Shown here piece after piece: positions 48,664-60,257 of a stretch of 64,000 bases of DNA. Below the pieces are notes generated by a model. The model saw nothing but the letters and a program-made list of their open reading frames with translations. It was not told where the DNA came from and searched no databases. Source of the DNA: Saprolegnia diclina VS20 (Eukaryota); contig NW_008246096.1 of the NCBI RefSeq assembly GCF_000281045.1, forward strand, positions 464,497-528,496, read 5' to 3'. How positions within the stretch are numbered: position 1 is the first letter of the stretch; every line of letters starts with the position of its first letter. The translations under genes were made by a program, and so were the position numbers.

Positions 48664-49689
48664 ATGAAGCAGAAGCTGCCGTACGTCGGCGCTGGGCTTG
48701 GCACCGTGCTCTGCGGCGCCGCAGCCGCCGCCTGCGTCTACTCGCTCGTGACGATCCGTGCGCGGCCCAAGAAGCTGCTCACTGAGAGCGGCAGCCCGCA
48801 GGTGCCCGTGGGTCTCTTGCGCTTGAGCCACCCCGGCGACGAGTTTCTGCACCTCTTGCGCAACGACGTGCTCCTCGAGAAGACGATCGACCGCGTGAGC
48901 TCGCGCCTCCTCATCTACGTCGAGACGCCGCCGGGCATGGCGACGTCGGCGCGGCTCCAGTTCCTCAGCGACCTCTACAACAATGTGTGGGACCTCGCAT
49001 GCTACGTCGGCAAGTACGAGCTCGACATTCGCCTCGTGGCCAGCCACGACCGGTCCTGGGACGAGCTACTCGCGACGCCTGAGGTCACGGGCGTCTTTGG
49101 CTACCATGGCATGGACGTCTCGGAGCTCAACGCGCAGCGACCAGCGCACTTGCCCCGCGTCGGCTTCTACCCGCTGAAGACGTACGTCGAGCGCCTTGTG
49201 AACCCGGCGCAGTTTGCGTACCTCGAAGATCCGTCGACGACGCTGGCGAAGGAAGCTGTAGTCGTCGTCGGTGGGACCTTTGACCACCTCCACAATGGCC
49301 ACAAGAAGCTGCTGTCGCTCGCCGCCGCGGTCACGTCGTCGCTGCTCATCGTCGGCGTCACGGCACCGCACATGCTCGAGAAGAAGAAGCTCGGCTACCT
49401 CATCCAGCCGCTCGACATGCGCAAGCGCAAGGTCACCGAGTACCTCGCATGTATCACGCCGTCACTGCAAGCCGACATCATGACGATCGACGATCCATTT
49501 GGACCTGCGATTTCGTCGCCTCAGATCACTGGCATTGTTGTCTCGACCGAGACCGTCCCCGGTGCGGTCAAGATCAATGAGATTCGCGCCGAGCGCGGTC
49601 TGAGTCCGCTCAAGATCTACGTGTGTCGGCGGACCGAGTGCAGCACGCTCAGCTCGTCCTTCATCCGAGAGCAAATTGCCCGGCGATAA
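48664..49689 (+). CDS. Phosphopantetheine adenylyltransferase (eukaryotic PPAT/CAB4-type)
   Basis: VVGGTFDHLHNGHKKLL (HxGH), IDDPFGP, IVVSTET, INEIRAERGL, LSSSFIR; N-terminal hydrophobic helix. Confidence 0.88.
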   Translation: MKQKLPYVGAGLGTVLCGAAAAACVYSLVTIRARPKKLLTESGSPQVPVGLLRLSHPGDEFLHLLRNDVLLEKTIDRVSSRLLIYVETPPGMATSARLQFLSDLYNNVWDLACYVGKYELDIRLVASHDRSWDELLATPEVTGVFGYHGMDVSELNAQRPAHLPRVGFYPLKTYVERLVNPAQFAYLEDPSTTLAKEAVVVVGGTFDHLHNGHKKLLSLAAAVTSSLLIVGVTAPHMLEKKKLGYLIQPLDMRKRKVTEYLACITPSLQADIMTIDDPFGPAISSPQITGIVVSTETVPGAVKINEIRAERGLSPLKIYVCRRTECSTLSSSFIREQIARR

Positions 49690-50240
49690 GACAAGCAAAC
49701 TCGTCGTTTTTGTTGTACTTCAGATGGGCAACCGGCGTTAATACATAGTCTAATTTTGCGATCTGTCATTCCGAGATGAGATGAGAATCCCAGAGATGAA
49801 CGCAGCGATGCCACGCTTCAAGCGCGCTCCAGCCACTTGACGAATCCCTCATTCATGGGCTCAAGTTCAACCACCGATGAAGCCTCGCGTTTTCAAACCT
49901 CAGCAGCATGACGCTGGCGATAAGCGAGCTTGGCTACATTTCAAGGCATGCATATGTTCTTTAAGATGATCATGGTCTTGCGAGCTGGTGACTGCACCTG
50001 GGAGGTCTACGACGTCTCGGCGAAGCGATCAATAGCGTCCTGCGGTTGGTCGTGGCTGCGAGCTCCAACGCGCAGTGTGGGTGCAGCCAGGTACACATGA
50101 GGTAGGGTCTGTCCTGGCTGCCTTTGTCGTATCTCGAGCTGAATCAATTATGGGTCAAGAGTCGCCTGGGGCATGAGCCTCAACCAACAAGCCGCAAGAC
50201 CCCAAACAACGATGTGGATGAACTAGTATTGCGCTTAAGG

Positions 50241-50672
50241 CTATGGATGATACGAAGTCGCTGGCGCCTTGGGCATTAGGAGCGCCATGATGTCTTCGTC
50301 CGACAAGTTCTTGCCCCACGACGGCGCCGGCAGCGAGAGTTGCTGCATGGCCTGTTGAATCGTCGCCACATCGTTGGCCGTCATCTTCTCTGGCTCGCGA
50401 TTGTTAGTCGCAGGAGCTGCCACCTCTTCATGTGCCTCGGCCTCGTCGTCTTCGTCGTCGCTGTCGGCCATGAGCGGCTCGTAGCCCATTGGCGCCCCTT
50501 CGTCTTCCGAGTCGGATCCCAGCATCTCATGCTCGCCGCCGTCGACGCATGCGTCGCCATCTTCCTTCTCCGCTTCCATGTCGCTAAAGTCCATGGCCGG
50601 GATGGGTCGCTGGCTCGCGACGACCGCATACTCGCGCTCGAGCGCGTCCAGAGCCGCGCAGCTCTCGGCCAT
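50241..50672 (-). CDS. Male-enhanced antigen 1 (MEA1)-like acidic protein
   Basis: Acidic middle with GYEPL; C-terminal MTANDVATIQQAMQQLSLPAPSWGKNLSDED resembles the MEA1 conserved block. Confidence 0.65.
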   Translation of the reverse strand: MAESCAALDALEREYAVVASQRPIPAMDFSDMEAEKEDGDACVDGGEHEMLGSDSEDEGAPMGYEPLMADSDDEDDEAEAHEEVAAPATNNREPEKMTANDVATIQQAMQQLSLPAPSWGKNLSDEDIMALLMPKAPATSYHP

Positions 50673-50899
50673 TTTGAAATCTTTGTCTCTTCTCTGGCGT
50701 CATTATCCGGACTTCTATTCTATCCGTACTGGATGTCCATTGGCTACAGGAAACGAGGAATTTGCCACCTGTGTAAAACACGTGAAATATGTGTGCTTTA
50801 GTCGACTGGTCTTTCAATGGTAGGTGGAAAAAGACGTGTGAAATATGTGTGCTGGGTGATGACAAACGTGGGAAACGCATTTTTCGCGGGACGACGGCG

Positions 50900-51417
50900 A
50901 TGGCATCGCACTACGATCTGTTTGGCGTCGCGGCCGACTGCAGCCAGGCAGAGATCAAGCAAGCGTACCATGCTGCGATCCTCATGAGCCATCCCGATAA
51001 GCAGAAGGCCGCGGAGGACGTCTCGTCTCTGGACTTTCAGCAAGTCCATGCGGCGTACCAGACGCTGCGGTCGGCCGAGACCCGGCGCGCGTACGACCTG
51101 TCGCTGCAAGGTACCGTCGACCGTAGAGGTCCATGTATCGCCCATGCGTTGCCGACGTAGAGGCCAAGCTGCGCGACGAGAAGCGCATTTCCGACGAGGT
51201 CGATCTGGACGACATGACGTTTGATGAGGAGAGTGGATGCTACGCCCATGCCTGCCGCTGCGGCGAGCACTACTTTGTAGGATGGCTTGGCTTGCAAACG
51301 CCGTCCTCATGGAATCCTTCTGCGTAGATCAGCATCGACGAGCTCGAAGACGGGACCGACGTCGTTCCTTGCGACGGCTGCTCGCTCAACATTCGCGTCT
51401 TATATGCGATGGAGTAG
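50900..51417 (+). CDS. DPH4: Diphthamide biosynthesis protein 4 (J domain + CSL zinc finger), 3 exons
   Basis: SHYDLFGV...HPDK J domain; EVDLDDM...CRCG...VPCDGCSL after splicing. Confidence 0.92.
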
Positions 51418-51537
51418 AGAGTAGGGATGGCAGCCCTTGGTCAAATAGTATGTATTCCTAGCGCGTGTCGGTTATCATGTAAAGAGCTTATAAAGCCTCG
51501 TGGTATGGCGACGCGACGGACGACGACGCTGGCGCGC

Positions 51538-52604
51538 TTAGTACTCCTTGCCCTTCGGGGGGCCCACGGACGGGTAGTGCAGCGGCGTCTGAATGCCGTC
51601 GAGGAGCACGAGGCCGACGTAGACGCAGAAGAGGAAGAAGAAGCCCACAAAGATGGCCGAGAGGATCGTGGGCGTCATGTTGACGTAGTGCGAGAAGCAG
51701 AACGGCACGCTGCCCGCCGTGCTTAAGATGTAGCCCTCGGGGCACACAAGGGGCGTCACGACCGCGGCCGCCGCGAGCAGGTTGCGGTGGAACGCCGCAA
51801 ACACGTCGTGCGCCGCCGACGCCTTGTCGCCCGTGAGGGCAAAGTAGACGCTGTTGCCCGTCGCCTTCTGGAAGAGACCCGTCGCCTGCTTGATCAAGTT
51901 GTCGAGCTCGGCCCACGAGTGCGTGTTGCTCGCCTTGACAATGACCACGTCCGTGCCAGACGCACCGAGCGTCGTCGACTGAAGGAACGCCTGCGAGAAT
52001 ACGCGTGAGAAGACCACAAAAGCGTGCGATGAGTACAAACCTCGACGTTTTCAATCGTGGTCTCGTGCGTGGCCTTGACTTGGCGAGTCAACGCATCGTC
52101 AGCATCACCGCGCGTCGTGTGGGGGTAGGCCACGCTCGACTTGGCATCACGGACGAGCGACTCGAACGCAGCACCTTCGAAGTGCTCAAGCTCGTCCAAG
52201 CGGAGCGAGTCGCGCACAAAGATGGCGATGGCCTTCGGCGCCAAGTACATGACCTCGTAGGGCGTGTGCGCGTTCTATGGCCAGCTAAGTCCCATCACAC
52301 TACATAGCATTCGAGCGTCCTACCAAGGCGTCGCTGTTGGCGCTGCCTTGGATCGTCGCAATCGTGCTCGCAATCTGGGTCGTCGTGTACGGCGCGTCGG
52401 CCTTCTCGGCGAAAACATCCGACGTGGGCTGCTCAAAGATGCTACGGGTCGCCATCATGGCATGAGACCCACCGTTCGGACGACCGCACGAAGCGCGTAC
52501 CCATTCTGCGACCAGAAGACAAGGGGGACGTAGGTGGAAGGATCCACGGAGGCCGCGACAGACGCGGCCGCAAGCGCCAAGACTCCGCCAAGGGTGAACC
52601 GCAT
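51538..52604 (-). CDS. V-ATPase accessory subunit S1/Ac45/Voa1-like type I membrane protein, multi-exon
   Basis: Signal peptide MRFTLGGVLALAAAS + VPLVFWS; C-terminal MTPTILSAIFVGFFFLFCVYVGLVLLDGIQTP. Confidence 0.72.
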
Positions 52605-53521
52605 GCTGCTACCTCTTCTCTTCTTGGACGATAAACTCAAGACGCCTGAAACGAACACCCACCCTTGGGCGGCCAAGTCCGGTGTTATTAATATTGTCCA
52701 CCAACCTTGGGATCATACTTTAGTCAAGTCTATTCATCAAATGGGTGCTTGAAAATGTAAATAAATCGACCTGCTGAGGCGGCAAGACACACTATTTAAG
52801 AATTTGCAGGGGAAACGCACATGAGAAACACTATTTCACACAACTGACTGCAACCCTACCCTACATAAACCTTTCAAACTCGATACACTAACATGCCGAT
52901 CCACACCCTTGTCGGGTCAAGCCAATGTCGGCTCGACGCCTCAGCGTCATGTTGCATGGGTTTTTACCTTCGTGTTGGGTATGAAAGAATCGTGCTAATG
53001 CCGGCAACGGGAGTACAATAATCGCTCGTCAAATATCGAGGTCAAATATGCCGTTTCAAAAATTTAGCTATTCAGATCGATATATTTGCTCCTGGCGTAG
53101 AGACTGCGCCAAATCTACCAGCTGATACAGAGCTGCCGCCGGTTCCTTTTTAACGACATCGTGGCTAGCATTCGTTAAGCGTCGTTATGTGGTCGAGGAG
53201 CATTCGCGTTCTAAACTATCAACGATGCCACCAACGATGCCGTAGTTGCGTGCTCGTATCCATATATATTAAACTAAAACCTGTTTATATTGATATACGG
53301 CTAAGTATGAGAGGTACAGCTCGCCATGTAATCGTAATATATATGCAATAATTTGAAAACCAAAACAGCGAAATATTTTAGCGCGACAAACATTCAGCGG
53401 TGGATGTTGGACACATGTCCGTATTTAATTGCATACAAATGGCAAGACCAAGAAGGTCGTTTTATTTCAGGCCGAGGCCAGAGCTCGCAATCCATTTGGA
53501 GATTTCAGGGACGCAGGCAGC

Positions 53522-54214
53522 ATGGGCAACCTCGGCGCCAAGCCAAAGACGCTCAAGGAGCAGCTCCGCGAGAACAAGCGCGAGATCAACCGCGCAATCC
53601 GCGACCTCGACCGCGAGCGCACGGGCCTCCAGATGGCAGAGAAGAAGCTCATCATTGAGATCAAGAAGATGGCCAAGGAGAACCAAATCGCATCCGTGAA
53701 GATCATGGCCAAGGACCTCGTGCGCACGCGCCAGCACATCACCAAGTTTTACACGATGCGGTCGCAGCTTCAAGCCGTGTCGCTGCGCATGGAGACGGCC
53801 AAGTCGGCCGAGGCCATGACGTCGGCGCTCCAGAACACGACCAAGGTCATGAAGTCGATGGCCAAGACGATGAACCTGCCCAAGCTCAACAAGATCATGA
53901 TGGAGTACACGCAAGAAAGCGAAAAGATGGAGATGCAGCAAGAGATGCTCGGCGATACGATCGACGATGTCATGGACGCCGACCAGGACGAAGAGGAAGA
54001 GGACAAGATCGTGTCCCAAGTCCTCGACGAGATTGGCATCGACATGTCTGGCGCGCTCCTCGAAGCGCCGTCGGTGCAAGTCGCTCCGACCGCAGCGCCA
54101 GCTACGGCATCGGCGAGTTCTCTTCCGCCGGCCCCCGTGGCCGCCGCTGAAGGCGGTGGCGACACCGCCGTGAGCGAGCTCGAGGCTCGCTTGAACAACC
54201 TTCGGCGATCGTAA
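53522..54214 (+). CDS. VPS2: ESCRT-III subunit VPS2/CHMP2A
   Basis: KEQLRENKREINRAIRDLDRER, KIMAKDLVRTR, QVLDEIGI, C-terminal MIM ELEARLNNLRR. Confidence 0.95.
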   Translation: MGNLGAKPKTLKEQLRENKREINRAIRDLDRERTGLQMAEKKLIIEIKKMAKENQIASVKIMAKDLVRTRQHITKFYTMRSQLQAVSLRMETAKSAEAMTSALQNTTKVMKSMAKTMNLPKLNKIMMEYTQESEKMEMQQEMLGDTIDDVMDADQDEEEEDKIVSQVLDEIGIDMSGALLEAPSVQVAPTAAPATASASSLPPAPVAAAEGGGDTAVSELEARLNNLRRS

Positions 54215-54323
54215 ACGTAGATTAGTGCTAATTAATGCAGAGTGAAAGAACACTCGATATCGACCTCAAACAGCTCGTTTTAGGAGGACGCAGCTGGCTT
54301 CCTACATGGCCACGCCCATGGCA

Positions 54324-54947
54324 TTAGGCCATGTCCGGAATGATGAGGAGGTTCTTCGGAATCAAGTTGAATTGGATCGAAAAGTGCACAAAGCGGTGGC
54401 AGAGGTACGAGGTTTGCTCAAAGTGCTGGAACGCATCTTGGTGGTGGAAGTACGTGTGCGAGAAGATCCGGTACAATCGCCGGGCGACGCTCTGAAAGTA
54501 CTGCGTCGCGTCGCGCGTGATGCTGACGCGGGATGGGAAGATGCGAGACGACGTGAGGAGCTGGTTCGCATTGTCGAGGGTGTGCACAATGTAGTCGAAG
54601 GCGCAGCACTCCTTCGGTGTCTTGTGGGCCGCACAGAGAAAGACCCAGTCGTCCGTGGCCTTCATGATCGTACACGACCCATTCGTGCACTCGCCATCGA
54701 GAAGCGCGACGAGGATGTTGAGCTCCTTCACGACCTGCCGGAGGTGCTCGTACTGCCAAATGTAAATGTCGGTATCCTCGGGCACGTCGTAGATCTTCTT
54801 GAGCGCGCGCGGGTTGGCCCGGATCTCGCGCTGGATGCGCTGCTCGACCTGGAACGGACCGTTGAAGACGTTGGCGTCGCTGTCGCCCCATTGAAAGAAG
54901 TCGAGGCCGCGCGTCCCGGGGCAGTTCTTCCCGACGAGGGCGTTCAT
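54324..54947 (-). CDS. MOB4: MOB4/phocein (STRIPAK subunit)
   Basis: MNALVGKNCPGT start matches the phocein N-terminus; WQYEHLRQ, MKATDDWVFLCAAHKTPKEC, RRLYRIFSHTYFHH. Confidence 0.92.
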   Translation of the reverse strand: MNALVGKNCPGTRGLDFFQWGDSDANVFNGPFQVEQRIQREIRANPRALKKIYDVPEDTDIYIWQYEHLRQVVKELNILVALLDGECTNGSCTIMKATDDWVFLCAAHKTPKECCAFDYIVHTLDNANQLLTSSRIFPSRVSITRDATQYFQSVARRLYRIFSHTYFHHQDAFQHFEQTSYLCHRFVHFSIQFNLIPKNLLIIPDMA

Positions 54948-55304
54948 GTCTGTGTCCCGCAGCAAATAAAGAAATGAAGAAATCCGGCCGTGCGCGGCCT
55001 TTTGATTGGCCAAAATGATGCGATTCGCGCGATGCCATTGGGCGAGCGCATCCACTTCGCTTTGCGTTACGTCCGGCGGCCAAGCTTGCCGCCGGTGCAT
55101 CACGGACGGCGGCAAGTGAGCAATGGGCGAGGGCGTGACTGCGGTGGATGGGGCAGAGGAGGTAGCAAAATGAAACACGTATTATCTTGTTTACTATCGA
55201 GGAGCGACGGCGAGCTAACGACCAAAGTCCATTCGCACGGCCGTCGCCCGCGTCCATGTTGCGGCGGAATGGAGGGAGGAGCATAATGATAGGCGTGGTT
55301 GCGC

Positions 55305-56338
55305 TTACGCGTCACGCTCCAAGTACTCCTGGTCGAAATGATGTATTCTGACGTAGCCGTCCTCGGCGCCGCTCGTGTAGCTCTTGCCATCCGGGTGGAA
55401 CGTGATCGAGTTGATAGGACCGAAGTGGCCCTTGACGCGGCCAAATTCTTCTTCGTACACCTGGTGGAAGAAACGCGCTTCGAACTTGCCGGCACGGCCC
55501 GCCGTGACCGTGACCGTCATGGCTTCCTGACCACCGCCCAAGACGACGTGCTCCTTGGTCGGCGAGATGCTCGCCGAGTTGACCGGGCGATCCGTCTCGT
55601 AGGTCTTGAGCACCTCGAGCGTCTCGACATCCAAAAGCTTGGCCGTGTTGTCCTTCGACGACGTGATCGCAAGCGTCTTGTCCTTGTTGAAGCTCAAGCT
55701 CGTGATAGAGCCGTTGTGAACCTTGTGCTCCGAGATCAAGGCACCCGTCTCCGGGTTGAAGAGCTTGACCATGCCATCTTCACCGGTCGTCAAGATACCC
55801 TCGTTCAACGGCATCCAGTACGCGCCCGTCACGCGGCCCTTGTGGCCGTGCTTGGTGATCGCGAGCTTGGGCTGCGACGACTCTACAGCATCACGAGACA
55901 TAAGTGCCTGCTACAATCGTAGACTCTCGTTCACGTACGCTTCTCGCCGTTCTGCGCAAGGTCGTAGACAAAGACCGTCGCCGGGTTCTCAGCAAACTGA
56001 TCGGCGACCGAGATGAACTGCTTGTCGCCGTGGGCAAAGTTGACGCTACGCGCCGAGCCCGTGTGCGTGAAGCTGAAGAGCTCCTTGCCCGTCTTCAAGT
56101 CCCAGAGCTTGACCGTGGCATCGGCGGCCGCCGTGAGGAGGAACTCGGAGTGGTACGAGATATCGCACGCCCAGACCGCACCCTGGTGGCCGTGGAAGGT
56201 GCCAATGCGCTCGCCGGTCGACGAGTACCAAAGCGACGGGACGTGGTCCTTGGCGACGGTGACGAGAAGATCACCCTCGCGGTTGTGCTTGATCATCGTG
56301 ATCGAGCGCGAGTGGCCCTTGAGCAGGATCGGATGCAT
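55305..56338 (-). CDS. EIF3I: Eukaryotic translation initiation factor 3 subunit I (WD40), 2 exons
   Basis: MHPILLKGHSRSIT, HVVLGGGQEAM, GKFEARFFH, VKGHFGPIN, SGAEDGYVRIHHFD. Confidence 0.96.
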
Positions 56339-56762
56339 GTTGCTGCGCTAAGTAGACACGGGAACAAGTATGGGCGACTTGCGACTAAAACGCCAACTTG
56401 ACTTGGTTGGTTCAGAGTCCCGTTGCTGCAAAAAATAATGTTTTGCCTTTTTCACGTCTTTTTCACGGGCTACATTGTATTTTACACGTATGTACGTATA
56501 TTAGTACTGAGGTCGAGGCGTGGAAAATACATTTGCACGTGGTTTTCTGGGACAAGCAGCAATAAGCTTTTCAGCATTATTTATTTTAGAGGGATATCAA
56601 TTGCTGCAGTATGTACCTCGCCCTGGCCACGCGCAACATCTTATTTCGGAGCGCGTGACATTTAATACACCGTGATACAAATACTTCGATAATAATTTAA
56701 TTGCAATCAATCCACTGGAAAAGCCTCAAAACGCTGTGTGGTGGTGACAACGGAATTCCACG

Positions 56763-57729
56763 ATGCAGCGCGGACGCAGCCACGAGCGCCGGGACCGGTC
56801 GCGGGACCGCGGGCGCAACTACGACAAGCCCCGTGACCGCTCCAGAGACCGGCGAGACCGCTCCGGCGAGCGCAGGGACAGAGACCGCTCCGGCGACCGG
56901 TCGCGTGCCAACGACCGCTCGCGCGACGACCGACCCCGTGACAACGACCGCCCACGCGATGGGGACCGCCCGCGCGATAGCCGCTCGGGCGATCGTCCTC
57001 GGGACCATGATCGGCCTCGTGATGACCGCGCGGGTGACCGGCCGCGTGAGAACGACCGGCCACGCGAGAGCGAGCGACCGCGCGACATGGGCAACCACAG
57101 CAAATATGGCTCGTCGCGCGACGACAACGGGTACGAAGAAGACGACTACCAACCACCGCAGGAGTCGACGGGACCGTGGGACTCCAAGGCCGAAGCTGAG
57201 AAGGACCCGAACTGGGCTCGCATCTACGTCACGAACTTGCCGGCGGGCACGACCGTCGATGAACTGCAAGGGATCTTTGGCGGTCTCGGCGTCATTGCCA
57301 AGGAGAAGCAGAAGCGCGGCTACAAGGACCAATGGGTACTTCTACCGCACCACCTGCGGATGTCAGAGCATCATCGCCGTCGGTCGTGTACGTAGCCCTG
57401 GAAGATCAAGATCTACACAAACGACGATGGGACGCAAAAGGGCGATGCTGTCATCACGTACGAAGACAGCAACGCGGCGCGCTCGGCGCCCGGCTTCTTC
57501 AACGGTATACCTATCTATCTGCTTGGCTCGACAGGGCTCATATGCTATCCTTGCAGGCAGCGACATTCGTGGTAACACGATCACGGTCGAGCTTGCTGGT
57601 AAGCCAGAGCCGCCTGTCGGTGGCTGGATGGGCGGCCCCGGCGGTGGTCGTGGCGGCGGTCGTGGTGGTGGCGGCGGTGGTCGATACGGCGGCGGCGGTG
57701 GTGGTGGCAGTCGCTACCGACCGTACTAG
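56763..57729 (+). CDS. TAF15/FET-like RRM protein with RD-repeat N-terminus, RGG tail and PY-NLS, 3 exons
   Basis: ARIYVTNLP...KQKRGYKDQW|PWKIKIYT...KGDAVITYED...; RGG repeats; ends RYRPY. Confidence 0.82.
56850..57085 (+). repeat. Coding repeat of about 18-nt units (xDRPRD/xDRSRD)
   Basis: Translation DDRPRD NDRPRD GDRPRD...HDRPRD...NDRPRE. Confidence 0.85.
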
Positions 57730-58085
57730 TCGCGCCCCGACAACTTCACTACCACAGATGATACGAATAACGCCAATACCCATGTCTCCTATCGTGCCCG
57801 TCCTGTGTCTTCTTCCTACGCCCATGAAGGCTCTTGCGCTAGCCACGTCAACGGCTCGGTCAACGTGTTTGACTGGTTCAAAGGCGGATGATTGCAACAC
57901 TGTTCGAAGCGTATTTAAATTCGTGGTCTGGTGGCATTTTTATAAATAGATGCCGCCTTTTTCTGAAAATAGATAGGACAATGAGTGTGTGGCTCGTATA
58001 ATAATAATCCACGCGACGCAGAAATACGTGGGGCTTGTGCATTTTATCGGTTTAAAATTGGCCACAGAAACCCACGCTGCTTGCG

Positions 58086-59769
58086 ATGCGGAGAGACAGC
58101 CGCCGCCGAGACGAGCCGCGCCGCCGGAGCCGCAGTCGGCCACGCCGGTACCATGACCACCACCGCGAGCGACGTAGCAGCCGTGACTACGGAGATCGTC
58201 GGCGCGATGCACGAAGCCGTGATCGCGACTATGATGACCGTCGGCGCGACCACCACCGCAGCCGCAGCCGTGGCCGCCACGCGGACCAGAACCGCCACAC
58301 AAACTACTCGCGCCGACAAGAGCGACGATCGAACTACAGCCCGCGCCGTAGCCGAAGCCACTCGTCGTCGCGCATGACGCATCGCCACTCGCGAAGGATG
58401 CCAAAGGGTGGGCGCAGCGCGAGCACGGACCACGGCCACGAAGGCGTGTGCCGCAGCGACAGTCGCGCGTACAAGGAGAAGAAGCGAAACATGAGTGACG
58501 ACAGCGCGAGCCATGACGACACGATCGGCAGCTACGAAGGCAAGCCGGGCGACTGCATCGACAACCGGTACAAGATCATCAAGGACGCCGGCCTTGGCAC
58601 TTTTGGCCGCGTCGTGCTCTGCCGGGACCTCGACCGCAACGACGAAATCGTTGCGCTCAAGGTCGTGCGCAAGGTCGAGCGATACTCGGACTCGGCCAAG
58701 ATTGAGGCTGCAATCCTCAAGGACGTCAACGAGCGCGACACGAAGAACGCGTCGCTCTGCGTCAAGATGCACCGATGGTACGACCTCGTACCTTCCACTG
58801 TGTCCAATAGCTAACGTCACTTAGGTTTGAGTTTCGCGGTCATGTGGTCCTCGTCTTTGAGACGCTCGGGGGCTCGCTCTACGACTACCTCAAGAAGCAC
58901 GAGTACAAGCCATTTCCAGTTGCCTCTGTGCGCGCGTACGCCTGGCAGCTCCTCACGTCCTTGGTACATCCTCGCTGTTCTACCGTGGATACTACGATCT
59001 TCATTAGTCGTACCTCGAGAGCATCTCGCTCATCCATACCGATCTCAAGCCCGAAAACATCTTGCTCTGCGACGACACCGAAGACCCCGCGTTGGCGCCC
59101 ATGTCGCCCCGGTCGCGCCGCAACCGCCGCTGTATTGTGCCGCCGGCGTCGGACCGCGTCAAGCGTGCGCTTTATCCATATCCAAAGTGCCATCTTATCC
59201 ATATCTTTTGTAGTGATCGACTTTGGTGGCGCGACGTACCAAGACGAAGCCCGCAGCGGCATCATCAACACGCGCCAGTACCGATCGCCTGAAGTCATGC
59301 TGGGCCTCGGGTGGAGCTACCCCTCGGACATTTGGTCCGCGGGCTGCATCATTGCCGAGCTCTACTTGGGCGAACTGCTCTTCTCGACGGTGCGCGATCT
59401 CCATTTTTCTTCTGTCCTATCTGTGAGGATCGGTCGTAGCATGAGAACCTCGAGCACTTGGCGCTCATCGAGCGCTGCATTGCGCCGTTCCCCAAGGAGA
59501 TGGTCGAGCGCGCCGACAAGCAAGCCAAAAAGTACTTTACGTCGACGAGCCAGACGCTGCGCTGGCCCGAGAACGCGGCCTCGCAAGAGAGCATCGACCA
59601 CGTCCGGAAGATGCGGCCGCTGCGCGAGATCATTGCGCCCGAAGACAAGGGCCTCCTCTCGCTCCTCGAAGGCATGCTCACGATGGACCCGGCGCGCCGG
59701 CTCTCGGCGCGCGACGCGCTCCGCCACGACTTCTTCACGGGCATTTCGCTCGACAATTTACATGCGTAA
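58086..59769 (+). CDS. CLK/LAMMER dual-specificity SR protein kinase with RS-rich N-terminus, 5 exons
   Basis: GLGTFGRV, VALKVVR, IHTDLKPEN, LIDFGGAT, TRQYRSPEV, HENLEHLALIER. Confidence 0.93.
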
Positions 59770-59777
59770 AATGCTGC

Positions 59778-60257
59778 TTATAAAGAATTCGTCTTCCCAT
59801 GCTCGGCCATGACCCCTTGGAGATGCTGGACGTCGTGCTTCTGGCGATGCAGCGCGGTCTCGAGACGGCGGAAGCGCGCTTCCATGGCGAGAAAATCGTC
59901 AAACTCCTTCTCGAGCATCGCCGCGTCCTTGGCCGTGGCCTTGGCCGTGCTTCGCGTAAAGTCGTACGTGATGACGGCCACTGCGACAGCAAAGATGAAG
60001 ACCTCGCCAATGAACTCGGTGCCCCGCTGCAGCGCCTGGTCGTCCGGGAGGTCCTTGACCCGTATCGAGACCCTGGTCATACTCGCGACCTGCACATGCG
60101 AGACGACGTTCCACCGGTGGATGCGCTGGCCCAGAGATGTGCACGCAGCCTTGAGGCGCGGGTGCGACTTGCCGAGCGTCTTGAGCTCATTCGCGATGGG
60201 CTTGGTTAAGAATCGGACGAGCATGCCACCGAGGTTCTCCAGCGGCAGCATGACCAT
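59778..60257 (-). CDS. OPA3-like mitochondrial protein
   Basis: LPLENLGGMLVRFLTKPIANELK...ALQRGTEFIGEVFIFAVAVAVITYDF + coiled coil. Confidence 0.82.
   Translation of the reverse strand: MVMLPLENLGGMLVRFLTKPIANELKTLGKSHPRLKAACTSLGQRIHRWNVVSHVQVASMTRVSIRVKDLPDDQALQRGTEFIGEVFIFAVAVAVITYDFTRSTAKATAKDAAMLEKEFDDFLAMEARFRRLETALHRQKHDVQHLQGVMAEHGKTNSL

Noticed and set aside
49875..49935. ATGA...AAA stem resembling a SECIS element
   Set aside because: It lacks the 3' GA of the kink-turn quartet, and neighbouring genes have no in-frame TGA.
52750..53450. AT-richer intergenic tract with a small AACGATGCC duplication
   Set aside because: No terminal inverted repeats, ORF or RNA-gene signature; likely ordinary divergent promoter DNA.
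54948..55284. N-terminal extensions of the MOB4 ORF (likewise the upstream starts given for RPL9, RRP9, VPS2, SLX9)
   Set aside because: Family similarity begins at downstream ATGs, and the extensions run through promoter-like sequence, several with CCAAT boxes.
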